Made by a program: the position numbers and the translations under genes
Assembly (NCBI GenBank): GCA_976226885.1
Contig: OZ320316.1
Span: 31,620,001-31,684,000, forward strand
Source: Iphione sp. A-MEVVRFRX5
Lineage: Eukaryota
Reading direction: 5' to 3'
DNA: 64,000 bases
Shown: positions 37,140 to 49,816 of the stretch, piece after piece
How positions within the stretch are numbered: position 1 is the first letter of the stretch
How the letters are laid out: every line of letters begins with the position of its first letter
The notes under the pieces: generated by a model
Databases searched by the model: none
The model's input: the letters and a program-made list of their open reading frames with translations, nothing else
Told to the model about the DNA's origin: nothing

Positions 37140-37497
37140 GGCCCCTCCCTCAAAAAAAAAGAAGGTGTGTTTCTGGTAATGACCAGCCAAAAACCTTGGT
37201 AGGGAGGGGGGGTATCTTTTTTTTAGATTTTTTTTTTTTCAGTTTCTTCCTTTGGTTTTGAATAATAAAGACAATATCAAGAATTTGAGTAATCTGTATA
37301 AGTTTTACAGTTTTTTGGTGAATTTTCATGAATTTTTTTGTTTTTCTACTCAATTTACCAAAAACATGTGCCGTGAAAACACATATCTAAGGAAATTCAG
37401 CCTTGGAAACTCTTTGGTCCAAAAATGTTTTAGGTTGGGTGAGGTTTTACTAGGTAGGGATGGGTTTCCAGAAACACACCTATTATTTTTGTTGGCC
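37140..37497. mobile_element. Harbinger-type MITE family A, copy 2 (opposite orientation, left end decayed)
   Basis: Shares internal blocks such as AAAACACATATCTAAGGAAATTCAGCCTTGGAAACTCTTTG with copy 3; right TIR CCAGAAACACACCTATTATTTTTGTTGGCC. Confidence 0.8.
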
Positions 37498-38732
37498 TAT
37501 TAATAATCTATGCTGCTGGTAGAAGCTAGCCAGGTAATACATGTACAAACAGTTTTGGCCCGCCCCCTCATTAATTTTGCCTAAAGAACAAAACCTGTGT
37601 AGGTTCCAGTTCCGTATCGGAAATTTAATTTAAACGCTAAATATTCATCACTTGTGTAAGGTTTGTAAGCCTCCCCATATACTACAATAACATCGTTCGA
37701 GGGTTTTCGGAGGATCACCCTCCCCCAAATATATGACAGCAAATAAAGAGGTCCGCTATATTAGAAGTGCGAGTCAAACTTCCTTATATGCATTGAAACG
37801 AAAATAATAATTTTGCAGATCACTTAGTTAAGGTGATTTGATGCATACATAGAGATAATAGATTTCCATTATAAAACAATTATATATATAAGAACATTGC
37901 ACAGATTGGCCCAATTTCGACAAATTCCCGCCCAAACCACACAAATTCGACAAATCTGACTGAAGCACCATTAATCTTTTATGCAAATTTCGTTCAACAA
38001 ATGCAAGGGGAATGCAAGTATTGAAACCGGCCGGAAGTGGGGATTTAGTAATTAAATGTATCCAAGTTAAAGATGAAGATATGGTCAGAGTTAGAAATCG
38101 TGATGGAAGTCTTGGTGTGCTGATTATTTTGTAGTAAACTTGCCGGCTCACGGATCGGTGCGTTTCATGGACAATGCGATTTGTGTGCTTTACGATGACC
38201 CTATTCTGATCATAAGTTGTCTTGCTACAGAAAAAACAGTTCACATGAACTGTCCTAGTGCTAACAATATATCAGTCAAACCTGTACTTGCTAAGAATGG
38301 GGACTTCCTGCTATTAGGTTCTCATGTAATCAGTCGACAACAAGAATACAACACTAGGCAAAATGCCTTAGCTCTGATACCCATGTGTGCATATGTAAAG
38401 GTAGCAGGTTAACTAGGCCCCTGGCTGACTGGGCATGTGCACATGGATATCAGCACCGTATAGATATATATTTAGATCAGCTTTTAACAAAAGTTTGGTT
38501 TGAAAAGACTGACACGAAAAGGACTATCTTTTTCATTTTTTTCAGATAGAAGACATTGTTCTCTTTTCAAAATAGTCCTTTTCTTCACGAGTTTGCTCCA
38601 CAATGGGTTAACATTATTGTCAGCACAGTGGGATGCAAAACCGACCATAGTCCTGCAAGAACTGATCAATGAATAAATCGTTTACGAGTAATGGAGAGGG
38701 TAATCTTATATATAAACATATACATGCATAGC

Positions 38733-38799
<67 letters not shown>
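38733..38799. repeat. (GA)n microsatellite
   Basis: GA run with one interruption. Confidence 0.97.
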
Positions 38800-38802
<3 letters not shown>

Positions 38803-38970
38803 TGGGGGGGGGGCAAGAGTGTCTAGAGAGAGGCAATCGGTCCTGCGCTATGAAGGTTTGTAGAGATTGTGTTGTTAAAAACTCCGTCCTTTCGACCACC
38901 GGCTGCAAGTCTGGGCACTCAAAGGCGCACGATGTTAATTTTTCTCATCATGCTCTTACCTCTTCTACAG

Positions 38971-39588
38971 ATATGGCCGACCTCGTCCAAACCAACAATC
39001 AGCTGAACCATGGCCTGCCACCTGGCGGTGAACTCTTCAATCGGACCCCTGATCTAACGCAGTACTGTCCGCGCATGCCCGACGATTATGCCGCTCCCAG
39101 TGACCTGTTGCAGAACCACTACTACCAACCACAACAACACCATCAACAACAAGCACAGCATGCAATGTCTGATCACCACGGTTCACATCAGCAACATTCT
39201 AAAAATGGCGTGACGGTGCCGAAATATCACAGTCAGCACCATCAGGTTGCTCCTCAGCATCATCAACACCAACAAAACCAACGCGATTTTCAGCCACAAA
39301 GCCAGCATCGGCAGGTACAATATGAGCAACCAGGACAGCATCAATTAGGACAACACGGTAGTAGGACGGAGCACGGTTACAACATGCTTAACATTAATGG
39401 TAACGCTATTAACAACAATGATGTCAGCATCAGCATGAATGAGAACCGTGTCAGTCCCATTAGTAACAGCATCAGCAACAGCATGAATAACAGAGCTAAC
39501 GTACATGACAACAGCAACAGCAGGAGTAGCAATGGCAGCAGCGATATCAACATCAACCACAACATTTGCCTTAACGACAGCAATGAGT
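38971..39588 (+). CDS. Homeobox gene, Q/H/N-rich N-terminal exon
   Basis: acctcttctacAG|atATGGCC; 618 nt open frame; donor |GTgagt at 39589 in phase 1, matching the homeobox exon acceptor at 45037. Confidence 0.75.
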
Positions 39589-41423
39589 GTGAGTAGTGAA
39601 CACGTCAGTTATTCCGTTCCTGTATCTATTGTTTGATGTGAATGTGTGTACATGTACAGCGTAGATGTGTAGAGTATCACTTTGTGGTCAACTCAGACAT
39701 AAGGTTGGCACAGAAACAAGGGGGTATTTTACACTACCTATATAAAATGTTGCCCAAAAGTAGTTCGGCCACGGGGAGATCTCGCCCCACATGTGTGAGT
39801 TTATTAGATATAGTATCACTGCACCAATTTAGCACTACTTTCTGTCTCTTTATGTCCAGTCATACAGAACCAAGGGTTGTAAAATTTAGCTGCCCGAGTA
39901 TTTAGCAGCCTGTACTTTGATCCCTTCAGTCAATCCCAAAGTCGTCTGCCGAAGGCGCTTGTTCACAATAAGAAAATAATTTGATTTCACTTTCATTCAC
40001 AGAATTGTGGAATCAGGAATGAGACCGATGATATTCTATCTGGTGACTGCCCATAAATGCTAATTCCCTTCCAATGTCCATTGTGAAGTTTAGTGTTACA
40101 GGTTTTCTTATACACAAGAAGGTCATTCAAAATCCCAGAGACCCTCACCACCTAGTGTGATCCATGATGCCTCAAGGCATCATTTACGCCTCACAAGGCA
40201 GTCCCATAAAGAACCTTTAGCCTTTTGCATGGGGATGGTTTCAGGGGTCGAATGCTCCATTCTCACCCTGTAACTCAACAGAACTAAAAGTTTTGCTATT
40301 TACCTTGGTCTGGCCATACAATTCCTTCACCTTTCGAAGAGGGGGGGGCAGCTTAGAATGCAACAAATGAAAACAAAGGTGGATCCGTACTGCCTGCGGA
40401 CATTTCTGGTTATACACATATCGCTACATGACCATCGATTCCGTTTTCATATTCAAAGTAACTATTTCAGGTGTGTCCAAGATCGGTCCCATGTGTGACC
40501 GGCGTATGTGGATGTGTTATATGTGCGTGTGTTAAGTAGGTGAGAATCCGCATACATATGATTGAAGTCACACTGGCACCCCATAACAACATGATCGTTG
40601 TGTTTATATGGTCCCATGTATCACACGTCGTTATCATCTAGATATCACAGCGAATATCACGAAAGGCGGCACCTTTCAAGAGACGCTGATACAGACGTCA
40701 ACGTCGGCGCCTGTGACCGCTGGTGCCGATTAGTCCAAATACATGTAACAAGTTGTCACCCACTACACCTCCACAGGTAGTCCTTAATCCCAGCAGCAGC
40801 CAACAATAAAGATACAGCGCAATCCACATCAAAGATGCTGACTCAGGAGTACCTCCTTTGAAGGTCGAGAGCAGCTGCTTGTGAACCCGTTCGGCATATT
40901 TTCCCGCCACCATATCTCACCAGTTCTCTTATTTTTCCTCGTGCTGTGTTCTCGTATCTTATACGTCTCACTCTCTGCCTCTTTCACCCTGTCCACCCCT
41001 TCTCTCGCCTTCTTCTACATAGCGAACTACTTTCATTGGCACTTGGTTCGCTGTCCCACTTCTTTCTCTCTCCCCTATAGTTTCCCTTGTTCATTTTCCC
41101 ATTTCTTCTCAGTATCTTCTATCTCTCTTGAACCGACTCTTTCCCTTCTTTAGCCCTGAACTCTGGCGCTTTTTCTCGCTCTTCTCACATCACTGAAAAC
41201 TCTTTCATTTCTTTAGCACTTTGTCCTACCTCTATTGTATTCTTACCTCCGACTCTCCTCTTTATCTTCACCTCCAGCCTCCCCAGTTTCTTTCCCTACA
41301 CCTTTCGATATACAGTCGGTCACCGTTCCTCACATGGGTGTTTTCAGTGCTGTGCCCCCATGTTGGACGCGCCGACACGCATGGCTGGTGAAACACACAT
41401 ACATGGATTTTAAGCCACTGTTA

Positions 41424-42033
41424 AGGTCGGTTTCTTTACATGTGTTGCTGTCCATCTGCATTGCCTTGCTTTTTTACCAGCACACTGATTTCAATGGAGG
41501 GTGTCCATTGTATGCATGACCTGTCCGTGTGTGCTGCCATGCATTGCCATGTGTTGCCTATTTTCGGTCCTAGACCAATAATTTAATGCACACAAACTGA
41601 AAACGCACAGCAGTATACCACACATATTCTTTGAATCAGGTGAAAATACCCATAGTATATGTTAACAATACTTTTTCCAGTGACATTCACCAGTTTTTAT
41701 ACTTTTAACAGTGACATTCACCAGTTTTTATACTATTTTCCAGTAAAAATCACCAGTTTATATACTTTTTCTAGTGACATTCCCCAGTTTTTATACTTTT
41801 CCAGTGAAAATCACCAGTTTATATACTTTTTCCAGTGACATTCACCAGTTTTTATACTTTTTCCTGCAGCTCTCATGTAGCTCTCACACAGCTCTCACGC
41901 AGCAAACATGCATCTCAATAGACACCCCTATCTGTGAGCCTGCGTTGCAGGAAAATGCATGTAAAATGCATGGTAACACCATAGAAGACAAACACATGGT
42001 AACGCATGGCAACACACGTAAGGAAACCGACCC
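41424..42033. mobile_element. Harbinger-type non-autonomous element with an internal minisatellite
   Basis: TTA|(A)GGTCGGTTTC ... GAAACCGACCC|TTA; internal tandem repeat of about 33-35 bp (TTTTCCAGTGACATTCACCAGTTTTTATAC) at about 41670-41865. Confidence 0.7.
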
Positions 42034-42789
42034 TTAAGTCATGTGTCTCACGGTGCATGTGCATCTAATAAATGACATCCTCCCTGCCTGCCCATCAAAA
42101 ACAAGCAGGTCATGTGTGAGAATACGACTTTGGTTTTAAGACATAACGTCAAAGCTTATGGGGACACTAAAACTTTGACATGTTGTTGAAGTGGTACCCG
42201 CAGCTCTCGTACAGTTGGTCCTTGTAATGTTATTGTTCTTGTGTTGTTATATTCTACTATACTGGTGGGTACGAAGGATGCATCGTCTCGTTAAAATTTA
42301 ATGATCTGATGGGACACTAGAATTGGTAATACCTCCAAGGGGCCCTGGTCTTTTAAACCTGGTCTAGAGTGCAGTCACCTGTTGAGAGATGTGATCTTGT
42401 CAGACATATTTTACGATCCAGTGGGCTACAGTGAAGGCAGGACGGAGAGTCTTCCTTCCTCAGGGGCAGGACCGGCTCAGTGCTGGCACCTGTTGACGGA
42501 CGCCGTCTTTCTTACGTTTACATGTCCCTAAGTGAGCCTCATCAATGGCCGCTATGACAGGACCTCATGTATGACCACCGAATCTACTAATGCTAGTTCG
42601 GACTATTTGCAATGCCACTCTGATGATGCCATACTCGATTGTCTCTTTGCCACATAACCGCAAAACGTAGATTGGACATGGCTACATGTAGTCAGTGCGG
42701 GAGTTCCTGTATAGGAATGGTCACGGACTAAACATTTCATGATTGAATATCGATTTAGAAAAAAAGCGATAATCTATATTTTATTGACC

Positions 42790-43165
42790 CTTCTTACCTC
42801 TTCTCTGCTCCAAACTGTCCTCTCCTCCCTACACTCCTCAAAATTCCTCCTCTGTCCTCCATCTTCTAGCCGCCCCTTCTCTACTCCAATTCCCTTTTCT
42901 TCCCCACCCTTTTCTACTTTCCTCTTCCTACTCCCTCTGTTCATCCTTCTCTTCTTCTTCCTCCTCCACGTCCTCGTCCTCTTGCTGCTCCTGCTCCTGC
43001 TCCTTTTCCTCCTCCATCTTTTCCACCTCCTCCTCGTATTCAACAATATTCCTTCCCCTGCTCTTCGTTCTACATCTTCTTCCTCCCTCCTGCTCCTCTC
43101 CGTCCTCCTCTTTGTCATGATCATGATCGTTGTCGTCGTCGTCATCGTCGTCATCAGCAGTAGCT
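42790..43165. repeat. Polypyrimidine (CCT/CTT) low-complexity tract ending in GTC repeats
   Basis: Almost purely C/T on the + strand; explains the acidic and basic pseudo-ORFs here. Confidence 0.85.
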
Positions 43166-45036
43166 GCAACAGCATTATTAATATTTGACAATTGTAATCG
43201 ATTATCGACCTTCAGTTGTTACCGATCTGGTGATAATTTACCTATCGACACATCACTCGTTCGCCATGAAGAGGTTTGTTAAGCATGGGATAAGGTGTTG
43301 GAAAACACCGATTCATTAGAAATTTTTTGTTACTTTTTAGTTTCAGTTCTTGATACTTATAATTACCAAACGGTTAACCCTGGGCATGCAGCAGATTTGA
43401 CACAGATTAAAAAAACAAGTGTAGAATATTATAAAACAATTATTAGTATATATTGCACATGTCCACTCTCCTCGTTGCCTTAGACCATCTTCCTCCTATC
43501 CTCGTGCCAACTCTTTCTCCCTCATGCATCTTCGCTGTCTGCCTCTCCATTCGGCCCGTCGCTTGCGAGTCCCATTGCACCCTGCCTCATAACCCTTCTA
43601 TCCCCGCTCCTTATCTCAGCTTCCCATAGCGTGGCTTCCATCAGGGGGCCCAGATAAGCGCGAGACTGTGCGAGAAGCCCCGAGACCCCAAGTGACCGTC
43701 ACCAGAGAGGCCAACTTGTGCTGACGAGTGCGGGCCTATTATAGAGTGTTTCCCCGTACTCAGTTTCAGTCCATCATCACTGGAGTCACGAGAAGCCACA
43801 GCAGCTAGACTAAGTGAGTAGTTGGTTGGAGGGAATTCGGAAACCAAATTTATTGGTGTGTTACATATGCATATGTAAGGCCCCAAGTCCTGATCAGTCT
43901 GCTTCACAAATCACGCTGGTCCATCCCTGATTTCATTCCATAATTCATGGTTGGGTCAAGTATTTTCTAACCAGCAACAAATTTTAAAAATCAGGGAAAA
44001 ATATGTTGTACTGATTTTCTATGTTAGTATATTTCCCTTATGCCCCTTATTCTTTTTCCTCCGAGACCCACTAAATAAGTTATTGACGCCACTTCAATTT
44101 AAATGCTGGTCATGTTCATATCAAGCAGTCAGGACAGTTAATTAATGCAGGTGTATTTATGTACAAGACCTGCCCAGTGCTTGTCTACCAGGGCTATCCC
44201 TTTGAATTCCTAACTTATCATACAACAACGGCCACAGCATATGATTCGTGAATTTCCCAGATTTGGACTTTGTACCAAACACACATACGCCCAGTTGTGA
44301 GACTCTACCTTCTATCCATTCGTCGTCCTTTCTCTGTGATCGTGTTTTATGCCTGAAACCGTAAAGCTGACACAGCTGTTCGTTCCATCGTATCCCAGTA
44401 AAGCGTTACCAGTGGCTTGTCAGAAGAATAATGGTATCTCGATCAGGTTATAACTAGTAGGAAAATTTCATTAGCTGCTCGCGAGTTAAGTTGGTGGCTC
44501 GAGATGGCTAGTTCGGTTACTACAGATACTTTCTGTTATCATATCTCTGGTGTTTACCATGCTCAAACAGTGATGCATAGACAGCGTAGTTTTGTAATTT
44601 ACACGTCTAATTATCTGTGTCCTCTTTCCAGTACTTTTTATTACCATGATACGTTCATGATAACTCTAGCAGCAAGAGCGTATACATTTTGTGTTTATGT
44701 TACAGGTTTTTACCGATGTTACCTTATATGTTACCTCCCATGCTTCTACAGAAACGCAGTACCATCGGGCACCTCCAGTATCATCTCTAGCATCTCCATC
44801 AGACAGACAGTTTTACCATTATTTACTAGTGTTATACGTATTTCCTTCCATTACCTGTAGGTCTACCGCCATCTCAGACTCTTCAGGGGTCACAGGTTTA
44901 AAACCATCATTTACCGATGTTATCCTCAGTGCTACGTTCTAGTATAATATTCACCATGCTCTCTGCCACCGCTACCGCTAAGCACTGTTTCGTCATTGAC
45001 CAAAACACGTGTATGACCATCTGCCTTGCCTTGCAG

Positions 45037-45203
45037 TACCTCCGCCGCCCCCTCTGACCCCTCCGCCCGTCAAGGAGCGGTTCTCCTACACACGTTATCA
45101 GCTCGAGGTACTCAATGGGATCTACGAGGTGGTGCGCTACCCCAACTCCTCCCAGAAGCAGCTCATAGCTAAGAGGATAGGAATAACACGTGATCAGGTT
45201 AAG
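45037..45203 (+). CDS. Homeobox gene, homeodomain positions 1-46
   Basis: gccttgcAG|...AAG|GTgggt; PVKERFSYTRYQLEVLNGIYEVVRYPNSSQKQLIAKRIGITRDQVK has R5, L13, L16, Y25-P26 in homeodomain register. Confidence 0.93.
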
Positions 45204-45611
45204 GTGGGTCAAGAATTCCATGTTCAGCATGGAAGCACATCGGTTTTCCGTCGTGGTTTCAACTCTATTAAGATAGCGTTTGGATAAACACTCTTCCATA
45301 ATTTCTTTTCTTGAATATCTCTGTAAAGTCTCCACAGGGAAAGGCTTCAGTAAAGGAGGCTGCGAGGGATGATTCGACTCTTGCATTGATATACATCTTT
45401 AAATCTGTTCTATAAGTAAGTTCAGTACTGGAGGTCATGAAGGACGTATCCAGTTAATCTTGTGCAGCCAGGGTCACAGAGATATCAAAGGAGAATTTAT
45501 CACACTCTAGGGCATACAGTTTTCCCTACCTCTAAGAGGAGGGGGGACCTTAGAAATGTTGCTCTCCAACTGTTAAAACCTCAAACATGATCTTGTCTCC
45601 TCCTTAACTAA

Positions 45612-45935
45612 GGCCAAAAAATAGGCGTGTTTCTGGTCATGACCAGCCAAAAACCTAGGTAGGGAGGGGGGGTTATCTTTTTTTTTATAATTTTTAAATA
45701 ATAAAGACAATAAGAAGAATTAAGACCAACCTGTATAAGTTTTACAGTTTTTTTTAATGAATTTCCATGGATTTTTTGTTTTTTACTAAATTTACTGAAA
45801 ATATGTGCCATGAAAACACATATCTAAGGAAATTCAGCCTTGGAAACTCTTTGGGGCCAAAAAAGTTTTAGGTAGGGTGAGGTTTTACTAGGTAGGGGTG
45901 GGTTACCAGAAACACACCTATTATTTTTTTTGGTC
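45612..45935. mobile_element. Harbinger-type MITE family A, copy 3, inside the homeobox intron
   Basis: TAA|GGCCAAAAAATAGGCGTGTTTCTGG ... CCAGAAACACACCTATTATTTTTTTTGGTC|TAA. Confidence 0.88.
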
Positions 45936-46195
45936 TAATGTACCAATTGCTCTGATTTTCTGATATAGTGTTTGTCCATATGGATTCATGACACTGGTTT
46001 ATTTTTGTATCTTGCAAATGAATTAATGATCAAATTAATATATTTTCATGTGTGGTTACACACAAATTGACATATACACAGAGTAATTTCAAATTATAAA
46101 GGTTGTAATAGTCTTCAGAACTTAGTTTATACATTTCAAACGTTATATTTTGTCTACTTGAAAATAACTGTATCCATTCCTTCTATGTACGTTAG

Positions 46196-47791
46196 ATCTG
46201 GTTCCAAAACCGTCGTCGAAAGGATGTCGTAGGAAAGGGCAAGGGTGGTGCAGGAGTGGAGGAGCAGAGAGGCAGCTCATCCATGGTGCCTGAAAACATC
46301 ATGAAAGGGGTTGTCAGTGAGCTGCTCAGATACACGAACGAACAACGAGGTCAAAACAAGAAGGCACGTCAGAAGATGGCTTCTTCCGGAGTACACCGTC
46401 ACAAGCCTTACGCGAGACCAGAGAAGGATTCGGGAACACTGTCAGAGGACAGTGAGAAGATATCAAATGGGAATCAGTTGAATGGTGACGGCCGAGTTCT
46501 GGCTCAACCTAAGCCTTCCCAGCAACAGCAACAGTATGAGTTTCAGCAAACACATCCACAGCGCCTACCTCAGCAACATCAACAGTCGCAGTCACCGGTT
46601 GAGCAGCTCAACTCTCCACCTTATTGCCAGAATTCTCAGCCTGCACCGGACACCAGACCACCCCAGCTTCAACCAGAGCTCCGTCAGGAACCTGAACAGA
46701 GGCAATCCAGTCCCACGTCATCTCTGAATGGAAGTACCTGTGGGCCACCTGCGCGCTCTCAACATCTCCTTGATATCCCTGCAGGTGTCACTGGAGGTGG
46801 CTCCCCTGATGGCTCGCCAACAAGCAGGAGTCCTTCTGCCATTTCAGCTGGAGTGAACGCCACGTCTCCCCATGGAAGTGTTTCCAGCCCTCTGAGTGTA
46901 GCATCTTCTGGAGGAAGCCCTCCTGTGACCACCAGCAGGCTACAACCGGCTATAAAGTCAACCTCCTCTATCCCAAGCTCTGAGCAGCTAGACATGCTAG
47001 CCCCACCTAATGCTGTGGCCCCAGGAGCACCTGCCTCACCACCGGAGAGCGACTCCTCAGCAGACTCGTTTGATGATGAATGTGGAGAGGACCATGCCCC
47101 AAAAGATGCTGTTCCGAACCACAGCGGGGAACGGACCCTGGTGACCGAAGCGCCCCCTAATGTCACGCTTAGTACTAGTGAACCACTCCCCCCACTGAAT
47201 ACAGAGACCTCTAGTGTTAGTGGGCTACAACATGGCCATAGGCCACCTGGTGGGAGAGGTGGCATCTATGCCCCTATTCCATCTTACCCGACTCTTCCAT
47301 GGATGAATGACTCCATGCGGCCTTCACCTTCATGGATGAATGATCCGATGAGACCGTCACCTCCATGGATCAGTGACGCTGCACGACCTTCACCTACATG
47401 GATGGGTGATTCCCTGTATAGTCAACAGCCATGCTACCCCTTCCCCCTCGGGGTGCCCTCAACTCCACCCCACTATCCCTACCCGTCTTACAAACACTCA
47501 GTCACAGGGGCTGACCCTGCAGCTTCTGCGAGAGAGCGGCTGTTCTCAGTTCCACTGGTAGCCGAACCACCACGGCGACTGTCGACGATGGCGCCCGCTT
47601 ACACAAGTGAAGACCTCTATCACAAAGCCCTCCCACCAGGGGTTCCACCTGCGCCTGCGCCTGGTGGTACTGGCCTCTACCGGGACGCCTACCAACCATT
47701 GCTCATCTCTAGTTTGACCAATCCTTACTTTGGAGTAGACGCTGCCGCCGCCAGTTGGCAGCACCAGCCACACGAACCATCAGGACTGTGA
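46196..47791 (+). CDS. Homeobox gene, terminal exon (helix 3 IWFQNRRRKD plus a long P/S-rich tail)
   Basis: gttAG|ATCTGGTTCCAAAACCGTCGTCGA gives WFQNRR (Q50), in frame with the 511 aa ORF ending TGA at 47791. Confidence 0.93.
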   Translation: MWFQNRRRKDVVGKGKGGAGVEEQRGSSSMVPENIMKGVVSELLRYTNEQRGQNKKARQKMASSGVHRHKPYARPEKDSGTLSEDSEKISNGNQLNGDGRVLAQPKPSQQQQQYEFQQTHPQRLPQQHQQSQSPVEQLNSPPYCQNSQPAPDTRPPQLQPELRQEPEQRQSSPTSSLNGSTCGPPARSQHLLDIPAGVTGGGSPDGSPTSRSPSAISAGVNATSPHGSVSSPLSVASSGGSPPVTTSRLQPAIKSTSSIPSSEQLDMLAPPNAVAPGAPASPPESDSSADSFDDECGEDHAPKDAVPNHSGERTLVTEAPPNVTLSTSEPLPPLNTETSSVSGLQHGHRPPGGRGGIYAPIPSYPTLPWMNDSMRPSPSWMNDPMRPSPPWISDAARPSPTWMGDSLYSQQPCYPFPLGVPSTPPHYPYPSYKHSVTGADPAASARERLFSVPLVAEPPRRLSTMAPAYTSEDLYHKALPPGVPPAPAPGGTGLYRDAYQPLLISSLTNPYFGVDAAAASWQHQPHEPSGL

Positions 47792-49133
47792 GTGGTCACA
47801 AGAGTAATCCACCACCTAGCACTGTCAAGTAGGAAAGTGGTTGTCATGGTAAGCAGACTTTAGAAATTAACCAGACTGCGCTACTGACCAAAGGTTGGAG
47901 CCAACTTGAAAGATGTAGCAGAGAGTGATTCGAAATGAAATTTTAGTTAACGGGAAAATGGAACTGATGATTCTGATTTCTTACTTCACAGACAGATAAA
48001 ATCTGTGCAAGTACTGCATGTTATATCCAAAGCAAATCGACTCGAGCCTGAACCTAGTGGAATTTACAAGTAGAATACACGTCTTGGACAGTACGTGTTC
48101 GGATTCACTTTGATCAAAACAAAAATTTAGCTTGGATACTTTCCTTGCTGCGAAGCTAGCTACAGTTATAGGCAAATGATAAAGACCACATCTCGAGGTA
48201 TTGGTCAATGTAGATGGTGAAATCAATGACTGCAACGATATTCTTATAATTATACCAAAGAGTACGCTGTTTGTGATATGGACTGATGACATGTGACGAA
48301 GTACACCGAATGGCTTCAATTTGTAAATAAAATTAATGTCACAAAGACTTCTTCATGTCAAATATTGAACTTACCTACAGTCATCCTCTTTGAAATTAAG
48401 CTGTAAGATGCTGATGACCTTAAAAATCATCATTGATTAATTAAAGACTGCATCTTAATCACATTTAGATGACAATGAATACACTGTTACATATAAAATA
48501 CTTGGTACGTGTTCTTTTCCTCTGAATCGAAATTGTTTTAATCCCTGTTTGTAAAGACTGGACCACTGAGTGACAGATAGTGGAGGACAAAAACCCGTTG
48601 AATGTTTGACATTTGGTATCCTACCATTAAAAGCTCTATATCCATTTCTACTCAGCACAGATGTACATGATGCTCACACTTAAACATTCATGTGCTCGTA
48701 CATATGCTGTTATGTACGACTCATATGTCTACTAATGTCTCTCTTAAGAGAATCCACGGACCCACAAACACGCGACACTTTCCTATAAATACACAAAAAG
48801 TAGCCTTAGATGACCTAGAAGAAATATAGAGGGATTAGAAGCATTACGTAGATTGGATCTAGACTTGGAGATATTTGTGCATATTTTGCGGAATCCACTC
48901 TGTTGCCCAGATTTACACGAAATGGACACATTTTACGTAGAAGCACATTTTTCTGGGATATTGATGCAGGCATTATTACATAAAACTCACATTTTCTCCA
49001 ATACTTACACAAAAACGACATATATAGGATGTAGATTCCTTGTTTTTCATGTAAATAGACAGATGAGCAAAAATAAAGACAAATATCCTAATGGAGCAGG
49101 TAGAAATCAGGGCATGCCCACACCTATCTGTAA

Positions 49134-49753
49134 GGCCCAGTTTCCATACATGCGGCAATGTCCGGGGGTGTGCGTGAGAGCTCTGTGTGCATTTCCAGTG
49201 CATTGGTATGCATTGTGCTTTTACCACACGACAATGCACAGGGGTGTTCCATACATGCATGCATTTGTGTGCATAAATGAAGGGGAAAAATACAAAAAAT
49301 GGCAAAAAAAAACACTGTAAAGAGGCATATTTCATGGAAAATGGGCCGAAAAACAGCAAAATTCATGGAAAATAGGCCGAAAAACTTCTAATTACATGGA
49401 AAATCAGCTGAAAAATGGAATATTTTATGGAAAATAGGCTGAAAATGGAAAAATTGTGCACAAAATTCCAGAAAAACTAACATGTGTGGAAATGTGTGGT
49501 AGTCACATTCAAAAGTGAGTAAAAGTGAGTGAATATGAAGAAATAGCAGTGCATTGCCCTGCATTGCCCTGCGTTTGTGGCAGATTTACAGTCCTGGTCT
49601 GGAAATGGGCAATGCAGGTCAACGCAGGTCAATGCACAGAGACAGCTGCCACAGGTATGGAAACCATCTCATTGTTTCTCTATATACTGTTAATAACGCA
49701 GGTCAACACAGATCAATGCACACGGACATTGCTGCATGTATGGGAACCGGGCC
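49134..49753. mobile_element. Harbinger-type MITE family B, 620-bp member
   Basis: TAA|GGCCCAGTTTCCATACATG ... CATGTATGGGAACCGGGCC|TAA; internal CATGGAAAA repeats. Confidence 0.8.
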
Positions 49754-49816
49754 TAAATCCTCTCCCATATCAACGGTCATGTGACAGTCCATGGGCCAAG
49801 GGCTACCAGTGGTTAT

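Noticed and set aside
38691-38970. N-terminal 93 aa of the 301-aa ORF
   Set aside because: Runs through the (GA)n repeat and ends at a strong acceptor (38970), so it is intronic.
42739-43191. Acidic/basic and Leu/Phe-rich ORFs (149, 133 and 87 aa)
   Set aside because: Translations of a polypyrimidine/polypurine tract; no splice or domain support.
40780-43815. Extra homeobox-gene exons at about 40.8 kb and 43.6-43.8 kb
   Set aside because: Frames compatible with phase 1 hit stop codons, and exon 39588 already joins 45037 in frame.
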